DNA of 64,000 nucleotides. Origin: Bdellovibrionota bacterium. GTDB taxonomy: Bacteria > Bdellovibrionota_G > JALEGL01 > DATDPG01. The notes under the pieces are model-generated. The model was not told the origin of the DNA, did no database searches, and saw nothing but the letters and a program-made list of their open reading frames with translations. The translations under genes were made by a program, and so were the position numbers. The DNA lies in contig OY764265.1 in the NCBI GenBank assembly GCA_963668355.1, positions 2,400,001-2,464,000 on the forward strand, given 5' to 3'. Below are positions 9,728-20,428 of this stretch, in pieces; position 1 is the first letter of the stretch, and every line of letters starts with the position of its first letter.

Positions 9728-10680
9728 GAATCAATCATCCTTTTTAAAATATTTGCGTGGTCTTCACGTGGAATTTCGAGAAGAGAGGGGGAGGAAGGAT
9801 TGTTCATGTTGGAGCGAAATCCAATTTTAATTCCTAAGTTTCTCAGAATTTCTAAGGTCTCAGGCGTATATTGCCCACATGGATGTGCCATCGTTTTTAT
9901 TGGCGCTCCAATTATCTCAGAAAGATGTCTAAAATTGATTTCGTATTCTTCATGTTGCCTTTCGATGGGAAGGGTATGCATTGTGGTGGGATGTCGATGA
10001 GAGTGGAGACCAATGATATGACCCGATTCATGAAGACTTTTGATGTTTGAAACGTTCATCCAAAGTTTATTTTTTATTTTTTCTTTGTTGAAATTAAACT
10101 TCCTCATCAATTTGTTCATTAATTCAGTGTATGAATCTTCTTTCAAAACCACATCTCGCAAGTAACGAAACCAACGATCATTTTGGGTGTAAAAGGGAAA
10201 TTCTTCGAGATGCTTCGAGTGAATAAAATCCGATTGAGCCTTTTGAAATTTGACTCCTAAAAAAGTTTCACATTGTGAAAAAAAATGATGATAAAAGGCA
10301 TCGATATTGTCAAAGGTCGTCGTTCGAAAAAATCGAAAGATTTCCAAAGAGTTGAGTTCTCCGAGGATCGGAGCAGAGTAAATAAAGAAAAAGGCCGACA
10401 CCTTTCTTTTTTCTAGGATAGGAAGAGCCACTTCGAATTGACAAAGAAGACCGTCGTCAAATGAAAGACAAATCTCGTTCGATTTTAGGCTGCTTGTTAA
10501 AGCTTTATTTTGGAAGTCCTCTGCATTTAGAAGAACAAAATGTTTGTCTAACCAATCCAGGATGTTTTCAAACTGTTTTTCAGTTATGGCTCCTTGGCCA
10601 GCGGGGTGTTCATGGTTCGTAAAATGATGGAACATCACCGAAAAAGGACCAGTTTCAGAAAACACCTGAGAACTCATCAT
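9724..10680 (-). CDS. Polysaccharide deacetylase (NodB/CE4 family)
   Basis: 'LSFDDG', 'IGLHSHRH', 'AHPCG'. Confidence 0.85.
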   Translation of the reverse strand: MMSSQVFSETGPFSVMFHHFTNHEHPAGQGAITEKQFENILDWLDKHFVLLNAEDFQNKALTSSLKSNEICLSFDDGLLCQFEVALPILEKRKVSAFFFIYSAPILGELNSLEIFRFFRTTTFDNIDAFYHHFFSQCETFLGVKFQKAQSDFIHSKHLEEFPFYTQNDRWFRYLRDVVLKEDSYTELMNKLMRKFNFNKEKIKNKLWMNVSNIKSLHESGHIIGLHSHRHPTTMHTLPIERQHEEYEINFRHLSEIIGAPIKTMAHPCGQYTPETLEILRNLGIKIGFRSNMNNPSSPSLLEIPREDHANILKRMIDS

Positions 10681-10690
10681 AAGGTCTCAA

Positions 10691-11737
10691 TCAGTTTTTG
10701 GCGGATCGCATGCAAAGACCACATTCGTTGCAGGCCTTCATGTTTCGATACTCTCCATTAATGTGCATTTGCCGAAGGTTCATGAGGTTTTTTCCCAACC
10801 AGATGTCCTCTAATGAGGTTTTCATTAGGTCGCCAACAGCATGATAGTCATAGGTATCACCACAACATGGGTGAGCCAGCATTTTTCCATCTTTAAGGGC
10901 TCGAATGAACAACCGTTGATACAGTTGAGCGCAGACAAAATCAGGGATGAACTCTTTCTTTTCATAGATGAAGTTAGATTGTTCCTCCCCATCATCTTTT
11001 TGTTTGTAATCAATTCTTGTGATGGAGTCACAAAAGGGGCTCCAAAAATTAACATAATCTTCCCAGCTGGGGATGGTTTCTTTGGTCTTTAACGCATTTA
11101 CCCTAATGAAAGGCTTCTTTCCGGTTTTATTTCTGAATTCCCAAAAGGTCTTTACGTTTTCAAAAACCTGGTCGAAGGAAGCACCAACGCGAACTTTTTC
11201 AAAAACTTCTTTAATATGACTGTCTAAACTAAAGATGATTACATCGAGTCCTGCCTCAAGTAATTCTTCCTGGACTCTTCGTGAAAGGTTTGTGGCGTTT
11301 GTGTTGATCATTGTATCGACCACACCGTGGTCTTTGGCCATCTTGATCATCTTGGGGAGTTGACGATTCATGAGGGGCTCCCCAAGGTAATTGTACTTGA
11401 TGGATCTCAGACCATTTGGAACGGCCTCTTTGAGTAGTCTTTCGTACACATCCATGGGAAACATTTGATTTTCGATTTTTCCTTGATTGGCCTCGATGAT
11501 GGTTCGGGCGCAGTAAGGGCAGGCCAGGTTGCAGTAGGTCGTGGCTTCAATATCCAGATGGATGGGAGATTTTTGCAAGTAAAGATGCTTGGGGAATTCT
11601 TTCCAATCCTTGCGATACTGCAAAAAGGCTTCTCGCTCGGGACCTTCTTGATAGGTTGCCGCTCGAAGCTCCTCGACGGGATCCCTCTCTTCGTAGGTGG
11701 GATCGATTTCCATGTTCACATGAATGTTTGGATTCAT
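10691..11737 (-). CDS. Radical SAM protein with SPASM/twitch domain
   Basis: CxxxCxxC 'CNLACPYC', 'GEPL', 'NTNAT', C-terminal 'PCC..C..C'. Confidence 0.9.
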   Translation of the reverse strand: MNPNIHVNMEIDPTYEERDPVEELRAATYQEGPEREAFLQYRKDWKEFPKHLYLQKSPIHLDIEATTYCNLACPYCARTIIEANQGKIENQMFPMDVYERLLKEAVPNGLRSIKYNYLGEPLMNRQLPKMIKMAKDHGVVDTMINTNATNLSRRVQEELLEAGLDVIIFSLDSHIKEVFEKVRVGASFDQVFENVKTFWEFRNKTGKKPFIRVNALKTKETIPSWEDYVNFWSPFCDSITRIDYKQKDDGEEQSNFIYEKKEFIPDFVCAQLYQRLFIRALKDGKMLAHPCCGDTYDYHAVGDLMKTSLEDIWLGKNLMNLRQMHINGEYRNMKACNECGLCMRSAKN

Positions 11738-11888
11738 AGTTCTCCCTGAAATGACGTAGTTTTGCGGCGCATAAGATACTTGCTCAATGGTGGTTTGGCA
11801 ATATGGGGGGTAGGAAAGAGGGCTTCTTCTCAGGAGAAAGGGGATATGCTAGCATTTAATGTCTTAACGAAAGATTTACGTTCCTTAC

Positions 11889-13352
11889 ATGAAAAGAAAA
11901 AAAATCATCATCGCAAATTCCACGGGTCGGCTTGAAAACGGCCGAAAAGTCATTCATTTTCCCTCTCGCTGGACCTATAGCGTTACGGATCGATGGAAAT
12001 TCAATTATTATCCTTACCAACTGGCCTATCTCTCTTCGATGCTAAAGCGCGACACGGATCATGACGTGAAAATGATGGATGCGTGTCTTGAAGACTGGAC
12101 TGCCGATCGATACATCGAGGAGATTTCCAGAGAAGAGCCCGACTATATTGTTTTTGATACGGCGACGCTCGTATATGGCCAAGATTTGAAGGTTGCCAAA
12201 GCCTTGAAAAAACGATTCGGAACGAAGAGTATTTTTGCAGGGCAACATCCTACGGCTTTTCCAAAAGAGGTTTTAAATGACGGTGCGGATATGGTCTGCA
12301 TTGGAGAGTTCGAGGAAACGCTTGTTGAGTTTTTTCAAGGAAAGGACCCATCAACGTTGTTGGGTGTGTACCCCAACGGTTATCGAAAGCCTTTGGATGT
12401 GAACACGCTTCCATTTCCGGAAGATGATGATGTATCTCGGATTCGTTATTCTGTACCTCACAAAGAGTGTCAGGAATACGTTGAAATAGAAGCCTTTGGA
12501 TCGAGAGGTTGTCCGTATACGTGTAATTTCTGCGTGTGCGGAAATATCACTTATTCCAAGCCAAATTGGCGATGTCGAAACGTTGAAAACGTGGTCGAGG
12601 AAATCAAGATCATGAAAGCCAAATATCCGCAAATGGAAGGCTTCTTTTTTGACGAAGAGATGCACAATGCGAATAAGCGGTGGCTCCAATCACTCTGTCG
12701 GGCGATGATAGAAAATGGGCTCCACAACATGAAACATGAAGCCATGTCTGGTTTCTGGGGTTTTGATTACGAAACCTTGGCGTTGATGCGAGAGGCCGGA
12801 TATTACAAAATTCGCGTGGGCGTTGAATCCACTGAGCCCGAAGCTTTAAAGAGCATGAATAAACCCTTGGATGTCAAAAAGGTGCATCAGGTTCTGAAGT
12901 GGTGCAAGGAAGTAGGAATGCGCGTCTATGGAACCTTCACCTTGGGGGCATGGGGCTCAACGAAAGAAATGGATATGAGTACGCTACATGCGTTGAGGAA
13001 TTTTTTGGACCAAGATTTACTTTGGGATTTTCAGGTTTCCATCAATACGCCTCAACCCGGTACGCCTTTTTACAAACTGGTCAAAGATGCGGGCTATTTG
13101 ATTTCAGATAATCCGGAAGATTTTGATGGAGACCAGAAGGTCATTGTAAATTATCCAAACTATCGAAAAGAAGACATCGAGGGAATGAGCGTTGTCGCAT
13201 CCAAGTTGGCAGAGCAAACATATGCCACCCGTCGAATTCGAGATCATGGTGCATTGAAAGTCTTCGTTGAGTCTCTTCGTCGACGTGGGGCCACTCAGAC
13301 AGCGTTGGCGGGCTTTCGATTTTTAAAGCGCAAGATTAGTCCACCGCTGTAG
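11889..13352 (+). CDS. B12-binding radical SAM protein
   Basis: N-terminal cobalamin-binding-type region ('GQHPT', 'GEFEE'), 'SRGCPYTCNFC', 'GVES', 'PQPGTP'. Confidence 0.88.
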   Translation: MKRKKIIIANSTGRLENGRKVIHFPSRWTYSVTDRWKFNYYPYQLAYLSSMLKRDTDHDVKMMDACLEDWTADRYIEEISREEPDYIVFDTATLVYGQDLKVAKALKKRFGTKSIFAGQHPTAFPKEVLNDGADMVCIGEFEETLVEFFQGKDPSTLLGVYPNGYRKPLDVNTLPFPEDDDVSRIRYSVPHKECQEYVEIEAFGSRGCPYTCNFCVCGNITYSKPNWRCRNVENVVEEIKIMKAKYPQMEGFFFDEEMHNANKRWLQSLCRAMIENGLHNMKHEAMSGFWGFDYETLALMREAGYYKIRVGVESTEPEALKSMNKPLDVKKVHQVLKWCKEVGMRVYGTFTLGAWGSTKEMDMSTLHALRNFLDQDLLWDFQVSINTPQPGTPFYKLVKDAGYLISDNPEDFDGDQKVIVNYPNYRKEDIEGMSVVASKLAEQTYATRRIRDHGALKVFVESLRRRGATQTALAGFRFLKRKISPPL

Positions 13353-14295
13353 ACGATCTTGGAGCGTTTCTACGCCATTCATCTAAAAATCCGCGGTTGT
13401 ATTCTTCTTTTGCCCGGAAAAGTACGTAGTAAAGGGATTCCGGGTTGAACGCCATGCATCTTCGCATCATTTTGGCTCTCCAAAAAGCAAGTATGTGAAG
13501 CGTTTGTTTCCCCATTTCTCGAGTCGCATTTGGTTGCTCAAGGGCTCGATATACCTTTACGTCTGCAACTCCCTGGTAGTAAGCCTTCTTCAAAAAATAG
13601 GGAACGGTGGTCCTTTCCGCTGCGATCCAATGGTGAACGGGAGCCTTGGGGGTGTACCAAACCTCTCCTCCCATTCGATATAGCAGGTAAGTTAGGTGCA
13701 TATCATCGTTAGGAATGAGTGCCTGCGTCGAAGCGTCATAACTGATGTCTGGATCGAAACCGCCGAGTTTCTCGATGATTGACTTTCGCCAGAGCATATT
13801 CGCTCCATAGGGGAACTTCGGATACTGCAATCGAAACTCCTTTGCTCCCAAATCCAAACCCGTATACCAATTTTCTTCATTTTCCCTGAGCCACGAAGGC
13901 CGGTGCGTTTCCCACTCTAAAATTACCGGTCCTCCCGCAGCATCGCAGTTAGGATGATTCGTTAAAAGTTCGGCGTATCCATCTAGCCAGGTTGGTGATG
14001 GCTTTGCGTCATCATCCAAATAAATGACGAAATCCCCCTTCGCAATTTCCATCGCCTTGTTTCGACTTTTGGTTAAGCCGATTTCAGGTTGAGATATGAA
14101 TTTCACCTGTCCTTGAGTCTTCTCTGCCCAGTTTTCAGTGATTTCCTGCGTATTGTCTTTGGATAAATTGTCCAAAACCAACACCTCGAACTGATCTTTG
14201 GCATAAGTTTGTTGGAAGAGTCCTTCTAAAGCCCGGTGGACCAATTGGGCTCGGTTGCATGTGCAAATCGCGATGGAAAAGCGCGGTGAGGTCAT
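13336..14295 (-). CDS. Glycosyltransferase family 2
   Basis: 'SIAICTCNR', 'VLDNLSKD', 'YLDDDA'; start taken at MTSPRF (14295). Confidence 0.88.
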   Translation of the reverse strand: MTSPRFSIAICTCNRAQLVHRALEGLFQQTYAKDQFEVLVLDNLSKDNTQEITENWAEKTQGQVKFISQPEIGLTKSRNKAMEIAKGDFVIYLDDDAKPSPTWLDGYAELLTNHPNCDAAGGPVILEWETHRPSWLRENEENWYTGLDLGAKEFRLQYPKFPYGANMLWRKSIIEKLGGFDPDISYDASTQALIPNDDMHLTYLLYRMGGEVWYTPKAPVHHWIAAERTTVPYFLKKAYYQGVADVKVYRALEQPNATREMGKQTLHILAFWRAKMMRRCMAFNPESLYYVLFRAKEEYNRGFLDEWRRNAPRSSTAVD

Positions 14296-15263
14296 AGAAG
14301 CTGATTCCTTTTCATCCATTCGACGGTTGTTGAAAGAGTTTCGTTGAAAGAAACGGGGCTGTATCCCAATTCCCGCTTAGCCTTTTCAGATGAGTAAAAA
14401 TGATGAACGGTTGCAGACTTGGCCCAGGATTTTAAGTACCGAGGAGGGGTTTTTCGGAAGAAGGATTCCCATTTGGCAAGGGTTGCATATAGAGACAATC
14501 CGCAAGCTGGAAGAGGGAAACGAGGGTAAAGTCCCCCAACTTCTTTGGCAATCATTTGATAAGCCATTTGGTTGGTCAGGTTTTCTCCCCCGAGAATATA
14601 GCGTTCACCGCTTCGACCTTGGGTAAGCGCCAAAATCATTCCGTCAACGACATTGTCAATTCCGACAAAACAAGCTCCTCCAGGTGGGTAAAACGGTACC
14701 TTGCGGCGGGCGAGTTTTTGAATGAGGTGCATCGCCGGGGAATGATCATCTCCCTGGCCAAAAACAAACGCTGGATTGACGACGATGACATTTGTTTTGG
14801 CGTTGGCTGCGTTCAAGGCAATTTGTTCACCTTCAAATTTCGAACGGTGATAGTGAAAAACCTTGGAATTCCATTCGAAAGGCGCCGTTTCATCTAGGGG
14901 ATTCTTGGTTTTGTTGGGACCGATGGTTGCCACGGAGCTTACGACAAGTACTTTTGGCGTCTGAGCTTCCTGGGCACATTCTAAAACATTCTCGGTTCCG
15001 CGAACGTTGATATCAAAAAGTTCTTCGGATTGATTGGAGCGAAAGGAAACCAGTCCGGCAACATGGAAGAGACCATCAAACGCTTGGCTAAATACGGGTT
15101 TTAAACTTTCAAGATCTCGAACATCGCCTTGATGCCAAGTGATGTGCGGGGATGGTGAGGGGAGGGAACGGGAAAGGGCTGTGACTTCATGTCCCTGTTT
15201 GACGAGGGCTCGAATCAAAGACTGCCCAATGAATCCGGTCCCACCTGTCACAAGATATTTCAT
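14292..15263 (-). CDS. NAD-dependent epimerase/dehydratase (extended SDR, DFR/HpnA-like)
   Basis: 'LVTGGTGFIG', 'FHVAG', YxxxK 'YHRSK'. Confidence 0.87.
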   Translation of the reverse strand: MKYLVTGGTGFIGQSLIRALVKQGHEVTALSRSLPSPSPHITWHQGDVRDLESLKPVFSQAFDGLFHVAGLVSFRSNQSEELFDINVRGTENVLECAQEAQTPKVLVVSSVATIGPNKTKNPLDETAPFEWNSKVFHYHRSKFEGEQIALNAANAKTNVIVVNPAFVFGQGDDHSPAMHLIQKLARRKVPFYPPGGACFVGIDNVVDGMILALTQGRSGERYILGGENLTNQMAYQMIAKEVGGLYPRFPLPACGLSLYATLAKWESFFRKTPPRYLKSWAKSATVHHFYSSEKAKRELGYSPVSFNETLSTTVEWMKRNQLL

Positions 15264-16667
15264 TTAGGATCTCTTAAGGTAGAAATTCATGAAGCCATTG
15301 GCCCGACGGACAAATTCCAAAGGGTTCTTGAGGCTTCGAAGGATGTTTTTGGGGCGTAAGACGATTTCACGTAGGCCCTCTCGAACCAATTGACCCAATT
15401 CATCCTGGCTTAAGTACCGCGTTTTCGTAATCGGAATCAACGAAGAATAATCCGACCACTCGGTAGATTTAATGAGATGCTCATTCTTGGCAATGGTGGC
15501 CAATGTGGTTCCGGGAAAAGGAACGGCAAAACCCAACTGAACGGTTTCGGCGTCGAGTTCTTTTCCAAATTGGATGGAAGCCAAGATTCCCTCGCGGGAG
15601 TCCTCAGGAAAGCCGAACACAAACATGGCGTTGGCTTTGATATGCAATTCTCGACACCACCGAAAGACATCTCGGACGTGATCCAAGCTTCGGCGTTTCG
15701 CCAGAAGATTCATTTCATCGGAGGAAGTTTCATCCGTAGACTCAACACCTAAGTTCATTCCATTGCATCCGGCTTTGGCCATCAACTTGAGAAGGTCGTG
15801 GGTGAGATGTTGGGTCGAGGTTTCCGCACGCCATTTGAGCGGAAGAGGCTTCTTTAAGAGCAACTCACACAGATCTTCAATGCGTTTCTTTTTTGCCGTA
15901 AAGAGAAGATCCCTGAACAAAATGAATCGTACGCCCAAATGGAGCGAAAGATATTCCATCTCCGCATATATTCGTTCGGGCGTCATGGAGAGAAAGCGTT
16001 GCCCCTCAGCCAAAACATACGGACAATACGCACAATCGTAGAGACAGCCCAACGAAGTTCTCATCGTGGCAAAGGGTTGGGGTTCTCTTAAATCAAAACG
16101 ATAGCGTTTCAGAGGGGTTAACTCCCAACATCCGAAAGGCAGATCATTCATGTCGAAATTGGGTGCAATGGGAGGAGGGGAAACAATCTGGTCTGGCAGC
16201 ATCAGCTCTTGAATATTTGTCAGGTCAGATTGGGTGAGCAATTTCTTCAAGGTCGTGTCTGTGTGCCCAACCAAAATTCCGTCGGCGCCACTTCTTTCAA
16301 AAGCCTCGGTGGGTACATGGGCCGGTTGAGGTCCGAAGAGGAAAACCTTTTTGTTCTGATACGTGTCTTTGACCCAACGAGCCATGTCACAGTCCATGAG
16401 GAATGTGGGGGTCGCTGTAAGAACAATGGCCAAATCAAACGCGGAAATCTCTGAGATCCGGGCTTGGGTCTGATCAAAATTTAAATTTTCGGCCGATGCG
16501 TCTAAAAAATGTACCTGTTTTGGGTCAATGGTGCCCCCCATTTGAACCAAGTGATGTGGGGGAAGCACAACTCCAGGCCGGGGATTCATGATCCCATAAT
16601 TTCCCATATAGTCCCGGTTCGATTGAAGGTGAGGGGGACTGGGTGGATTTAGAAGGAGAACCGACAT
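15264..16667 (-). CDS. B12-binding radical SAM protein
   Basis: 'LLLNPP', 'SLGCLYDCAYC', 'LGVES', 'PFPGT'. Confidence 0.86.
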   Translation of the reverse strand: MSVLLLNPPSPPHLQSNRDYMGNYGIMNPRPGVVLPPHHLVQMGGTIDPKQVHFLDASAENLNFDQTQARISEISAFDLAIVLTATPTFLMDCDMARWVKDTYQNKKVFLFGPQPAHVPTEAFERSGADGILVGHTDTTLKKLLTQSDLTNIQELMLPDQIVSPPPIAPNFDMNDLPFGCWELTPLKRYRFDLREPQPFATMRTSLGCLYDCAYCPYVLAEGQRFLSMTPERIYAEMEYLSLHLGVRFILFRDLLFTAKKKRIEDLCELLLKKPLPLKWRAETSTQHLTHDLLKLMAKAGCNGMNLGVESTDETSSDEMNLLAKRRSLDHVRDVFRWCRELHIKANAMFVFGFPEDSREGILASIQFGKELDAETVQLGFAVPFPGTTLATIAKNEHLIKSTEWSDYSSLIPITKTRYLSQDELGQLVREGLREIVLRPKNILRSLKNPLEFVRRANGFMNFYLKRS

Positions 16668-16712
16668 CTCTTTTTTGCTGTGCTACTATACGTGATTCTC
16701 GAACGCTTGAGT

Positions 16713-17975
16713 ATGTCCAAAATTGCCGTCATAGATCTTTCTTTCACGTGGCCCCCAGATGGAGGGGCACGAACAGATGTTCGAGAGGTGTGTGTTCGTC
16801 TTGCGGAAAAGCACGAGGTGAAGTTATTTGTCCCTGAAATATTGGGGTGGATGAAAATCGGAAAGCATTGGATTCAAAAGCCCTTGGATCGGACTCGTTT
16901 TTTTTGGAAGGGAAAAATCTCCAGTGACGTAGGCCTCGATTACGAAAAAATTCCTTTTGGACCCCTTTCTTTCAGTGCTTGGAAGGTCGGAAAGGCTTTT
17001 CGGGAAGCGGTGACTTCTTGGGGAGCGGATCGGGTGTTTGTGGCGGACGGCTGGTACTTGAAACCGTACGTGATCTCAGAACTGAAAGATTTCCGTCCGG
17101 TGGTGCGTTTCTATGCCCATGAAATGCTTTGTTTGAAGGGGAATGGGTTCTTTTTCAAATGGGGAAAGCCTTGTTTTCGGAATTACCTCAACCAAAAGAC
17201 CTCCACGTCTTTGCGATGTCTGGCATGTACCTCATCTTTCTATCTGAAGTACCCGAGTCCCACATGGATTCATGAGTTTTTGTCTTCGATGGCTTGGTGG
17301 CCGGGATACGTCCATAAAGTCATTCAGAGCCTTCGGGATTGTCAAACGGCGATTGTCTATAATGAATTTACAGCCAATCGAGTTCGTCCTTTTGCCGAAG
17401 ATGTTCGGATCGTCCCTTCCGGTGTCGATTTAAAAAACTTCCAACCTGAGGCCGAAGAAAATCCGCGTTCCAAAAAAATTATATTGGGCATGGGAAGAAT
17501 GGAAGAGCCTCGAAAGGGTGGAGACGTCCTGGTCAATGCGCTCAAACTTCTTCGTCACGAACGAAAGGATTTTGAATTATGGCTCACGGCAAAGAAAAAC
17601 TATGGAGAGACATGGATTAAACCCCTGGGGTGGACAAAATATGAGGATATGCCCAAACTATATTCCTCTGTGGATGTGGCCGTCGTGCCATCGATGTGGC
17701 CCGAACCTCATGGGATCGTGGCCGTCGAAGCTTTGGCGTGTGGCGTTCCGGTTTTAGGAAGTGAGATTGGTGGTTTGGCTGAAATTTGCCGAAATATTCC
17801 AGGGGCTCGATCTTTCCCTCCGGGAAATGTCGGGGCGCTAAAAGAAATGTTGAATCAATACTTGGACGATCCTCAACCGAAGATGGAGCTGAAAGAAAAA
17901 GGAATTGAAAAAGTGAGTACCTTGTATGAATGGGATCGAATTGTTTCAGAGGAAATTGAACCATGTTTTTCTTAA
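16713..17975 (+). CDS. Glycosyltransferase family 4
   Basis: 'VPSGVD', 'PSMWPEPHGIVAVEALACGVPV'; start taken at MSKIAV. Confidence 0.88.
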   Translation: MSKIAVIDLSFTWPPDGGARTDVREVCVRLAEKHEVKLFVPEILGWMKIGKHWIQKPLDRTRFFWKGKISSDVGLDYEKIPFGPLSFSAWKVGKAFREAVTSWGADRVFVADGWYLKPYVISELKDFRPVVRFYAHEMLCLKGNGFFFKWGKPCFRNYLNQKTSTSLRCLACTSSFYLKYPSPTWIHEFLSSMAWWPGYVHKVIQSLRDCQTAIVYNEFTANRVRPFAEDVRIVPSGVDLKNFQPEAEENPRSKKIILGMGRMEEPRKGGDVLVNALKLLRHERKDFELWLTAKKNYGETWIKPLGWTKYEDMPKLYSSVDVAVVPSMWPEPHGIVAVEALACGVPVLGSEIGGLAEICRNIPGARSFPPGNVGALKEMLNQYLDDPQPKMELKEKGIEKVSTLYEWDRIVSEEIEPCFS

Positions 17976-19045
17976 ATCGGGTTTACACAGCTGAGAACTT
18001 TCGGATCTTGAAACAAGGGCTGAAAGTCCAGGGACCCTCTTTCTTATGGTCAGCGATTCGGACCAAATTAAATCAGTGGTTTGAGCCCGATCGACCCAAG
18101 CAAAAGCCGTTCATCATGCATATCGAAACGACGTCTCGGTGTAATCTGAGGTGTCCGAGTTGTGCGCATTCTGAGCTTGAGGGCAAGGGCTCAGATATGA
18201 ACTTGGAAAATTTCAAGAAACTGATTGATCAGCAGAAAGGGCTTGGAAAAGTCATTCTATACGGAATTGGAGAAACACTTCTTCATCCAGATATTTTCGA
18301 AATGGTTCGTTATGTAAAAAAACGAGGGATCTATACGGGGTTTTTTACGAACGGAACGCTTTTGACGGAACGCTTTCGAAGCGAAATCTTAAAAAACGGT
18401 CAAGACTATTTGAATATTTCGATCGATGGGGCCAGTAAAGTTTCGTTTGAAAAGCAAAGGGCGGGGGCCAACTTTGAAAAAGTGATTGCGAATGTGAAAG
18501 CGTTTATGGCTGAAGCGAAACAAGCTGGCAGCCCTATTGATGTGGCGGTATGGAATTGTCTCACGGATGACAATATTTCTGAGGTGCCAGATCTCGTCTC
18601 CTTGGTTCACGAGATGGGTGTCTCTAAGCTTGTTCTGCAGGACATCATGTTTTGGAATCGCGAGGGAATCGAACAGGAATTTTCGCAAAAAGTACTGGAT
18701 GCCAAACGCGTTCAACGCAATGACTATTTCAAAAAGGGAGCTGAAGAGGCTAAGCGTTTGGGGATCTCTCTTGACTTGCTCATGTCGGCTGGCGACGGAA
18801 AGCGACGTTGCCAAGTGCCTTGGTATTTTTCGTACATTACGGCCCAAGGGCTAGCCACTCCATGCAATTGGCATGGTTGGGATGGGGAAAAACTTAATTT
18901 TGGGAATGTGAATGAGCGTGGATTTGAAGAGGTTTGGAATGACAAATCCTACGTTCAGTTTCGCAAAGAGATGCGCCAGAAGGAAATTCCTGAGTTTTGT
19001 GAAAAGTGTCCGATGTATGATCGTGAAATGATCAAATTGGCTTAA
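17963..19045 (+). CDS. Radical SAM protein with SPASM/twitch domain
   Basis: 'CNLRCPSC', 'FTNGTL', C-terminal 'CQVPW..PC..CEKC'. Confidence 0.9.
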   Translation: MFFLNRVYTAENFRILKQGLKVQGPSFLWSAIRTKLNQWFEPDRPKQKPFIMHIETTSRCNLRCPSCAHSELEGKGSDMNLENFKKLIDQQKGLGKVILYGIGETLLHPDIFEMVRYVKKRGIYTGFFTNGTLLTERFRSEILKNGQDYLNISIDGASKVSFEKQRAGANFEKVIANVKAFMAEAKQAGSPIDVAVWNCLTDDNISEVPDLVSLVHEMGVSKLVLQDIMFWNREGIEQEFSQKVLDAKRVQRNDYFKKGAEEAKRLGISLDLLMSAGDGKRRCQVPWYFSYITAQGLATPCNWHGWDGEKLNFGNVNERGFEEVWNDKSYVQFRKEMRQKEIPEFCEKCPMYDREMIKLA

Positions 19046-19047
19046 AT

Positions 19048-20421
19048 CTATTCAGGATAGGTTAAGGGCCGACCGTAGGCGTCTCTCGGGATGTCTTTTT
19101 CCAGAGAAGGGACTTCAAAAGGTTTTCCCTCGATGGCTTGGAGAATGGCCTTCGCACAAGTCACCCCAGAGTCAAAGCACCCTTCCATCATCTTGTATTG
19201 GAACATTCCAATACGTCCTGCAATGAAGAGGTTTTGAATCGGCGTTTGATGGGAGAGGCTTCTTTGAAGCGTTTCTGTGGACTTCTTCAGGACGGGATAG
19301 GCATGGGGACTGCGTTTCAATTCAAATCCCAAAATGTCTTCCGTTTGGAGGCCATAAAGTGTTTTCAAATGGGACTGAATCATTCGGTAGATTTCTTCCG
19401 CAGAAAACGTCGCCAACGAACTTTCTGGACCGTGTGCGAATTCAACCGAAATCAAGGTTTGATTCTTAGGGGCCATCTCCGGGAGCGCATTTTTGAATTC
19501 AGCGATGCGATAAAAAGGATAGGACTTCTCCGGGAACCAGGTCCAAAGGTGTTCCAGCAGTTTTGGCTTATTAATCTTAATAAAAAGAACCGAAATGCCC
19601 CGGTAAGAGAGTTTTTTCCATGGGTCTAAAAGCGAGGTTCCTTGGGTCATCTTTGCGAATTCGGAAATGGGAGTTGTGTTCAGATAAAAATCAGCCTTCT
19701 CCTCATTTCCATTGATGAGGACATGATCAATCCGATTTTCTTCGGCAACGACACCGGTCAGTCGTGAATTTTTCCGAACGTCTACGCCTGGCGTGTTTTC
19801 GAGATGATCAAAGAGAGAGCGAATGGTGTTTTTGGGATAAACGATGAAACGTCCCCCTTGATAGTAGTCCTCCGTGACGCCACCTCTGAGCTTTTTGACC
19901 AAGGAGTAGAGGATATAGCTTAGATTGGTCGGGAGAAGGCGAAAAGCAAAGTCCATCGAAATTTCTTCGCCGGGAAGTCCCGCCCATTTTTCAATCAATG
20001 GCAAAAGAACAGTCTGGGAAAAATGGCGTCCATAATAGATTCTCAAGAAATCCTTGAGGTGACGGGGTTTTCTTTTTAAAAACCGTGTGGCCATCGCAGC
20101 GCCTACAGAGGCACAAAAAATCGGGTTTCGAGCGAAGCCAAAAGGAAATTTGTAATTGGTTTTTCGAATCCGAAGGTCTTCGAAATACTTTACGGGAAAG
20201 CATTGGTCATGAATGCCTACCTTTTCGGCCAAGGTGGAAAAAATGAACCGGGGACCATTGTCGAACGTAAAGCCGTCCTCTGTTTTCCAGGTGGAGGCCA
20301 ATCCTCCAACATGGTCGCGGCCTTCATGAATGGTGACATCGTGTCCTTCGGTGGACAATTTTCGAGCGGCTGAAAATCCCGTGATGCCGCCGCCAAAAAC
20401 TAAGATTTTCTTCTTCGCCAT
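19048..20421 (-). CDS. FAD-dependent oxidoreductase (protoporphyrinogen-oxidase/amine-oxidase-like)
   Basis: 'GGGITG', 'EGRDHVGGL', 'FDNGP', 'AGRIG'; start taken at MAKKKI. Confidence 0.82.
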   Translation of the reverse strand: MAKKKILVFGGGITGFSAARKLSTEGHDVTIHEGRDHVGGLASTWKTEDGFTFDNGPRFIFSTLAEKVGIHDQCFPVKYFEDLRIRKTNYKFPFGFARNPIFCASVGAAMATRFLKRKPRHLKDFLRIYYGRHFSQTVLLPLIEKWAGLPGEEISMDFAFRLLPTNLSYILYSLVKKLRGGVTEDYYQGGRFIVYPKNTIRSLFDHLENTPGVDVRKNSRLTGVVAEENRIDHVLINGNEEKADFYLNTTPISEFAKMTQGTSLLDPWKKLSYRGISVLFIKINKPKLLEHLWTWFPEKSYPFYRIAEFKNALPEMAPKNQTLISVEFAHGPESSLATFSAEEIYRMIQSHLKTLYGLQTEDILGFELKRSPHAYPVLKKSTETLQRSLSHQTPIQNLFIAGRIGMFQYKMMEGCFDSGVTCAKAILQAIEGKPFEVPSLEKDIPRDAYGRPLTYPE

Positions 20422-20428
20422 TTTTTTC

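Noticed and set aside
13336..16667. Hopanoid cluster (HpnA/HpnJ/GT2-like trio)
   Set aside because: Only family-level resemblance; no squalene-hopene cyclase or other hpn genes in the window.
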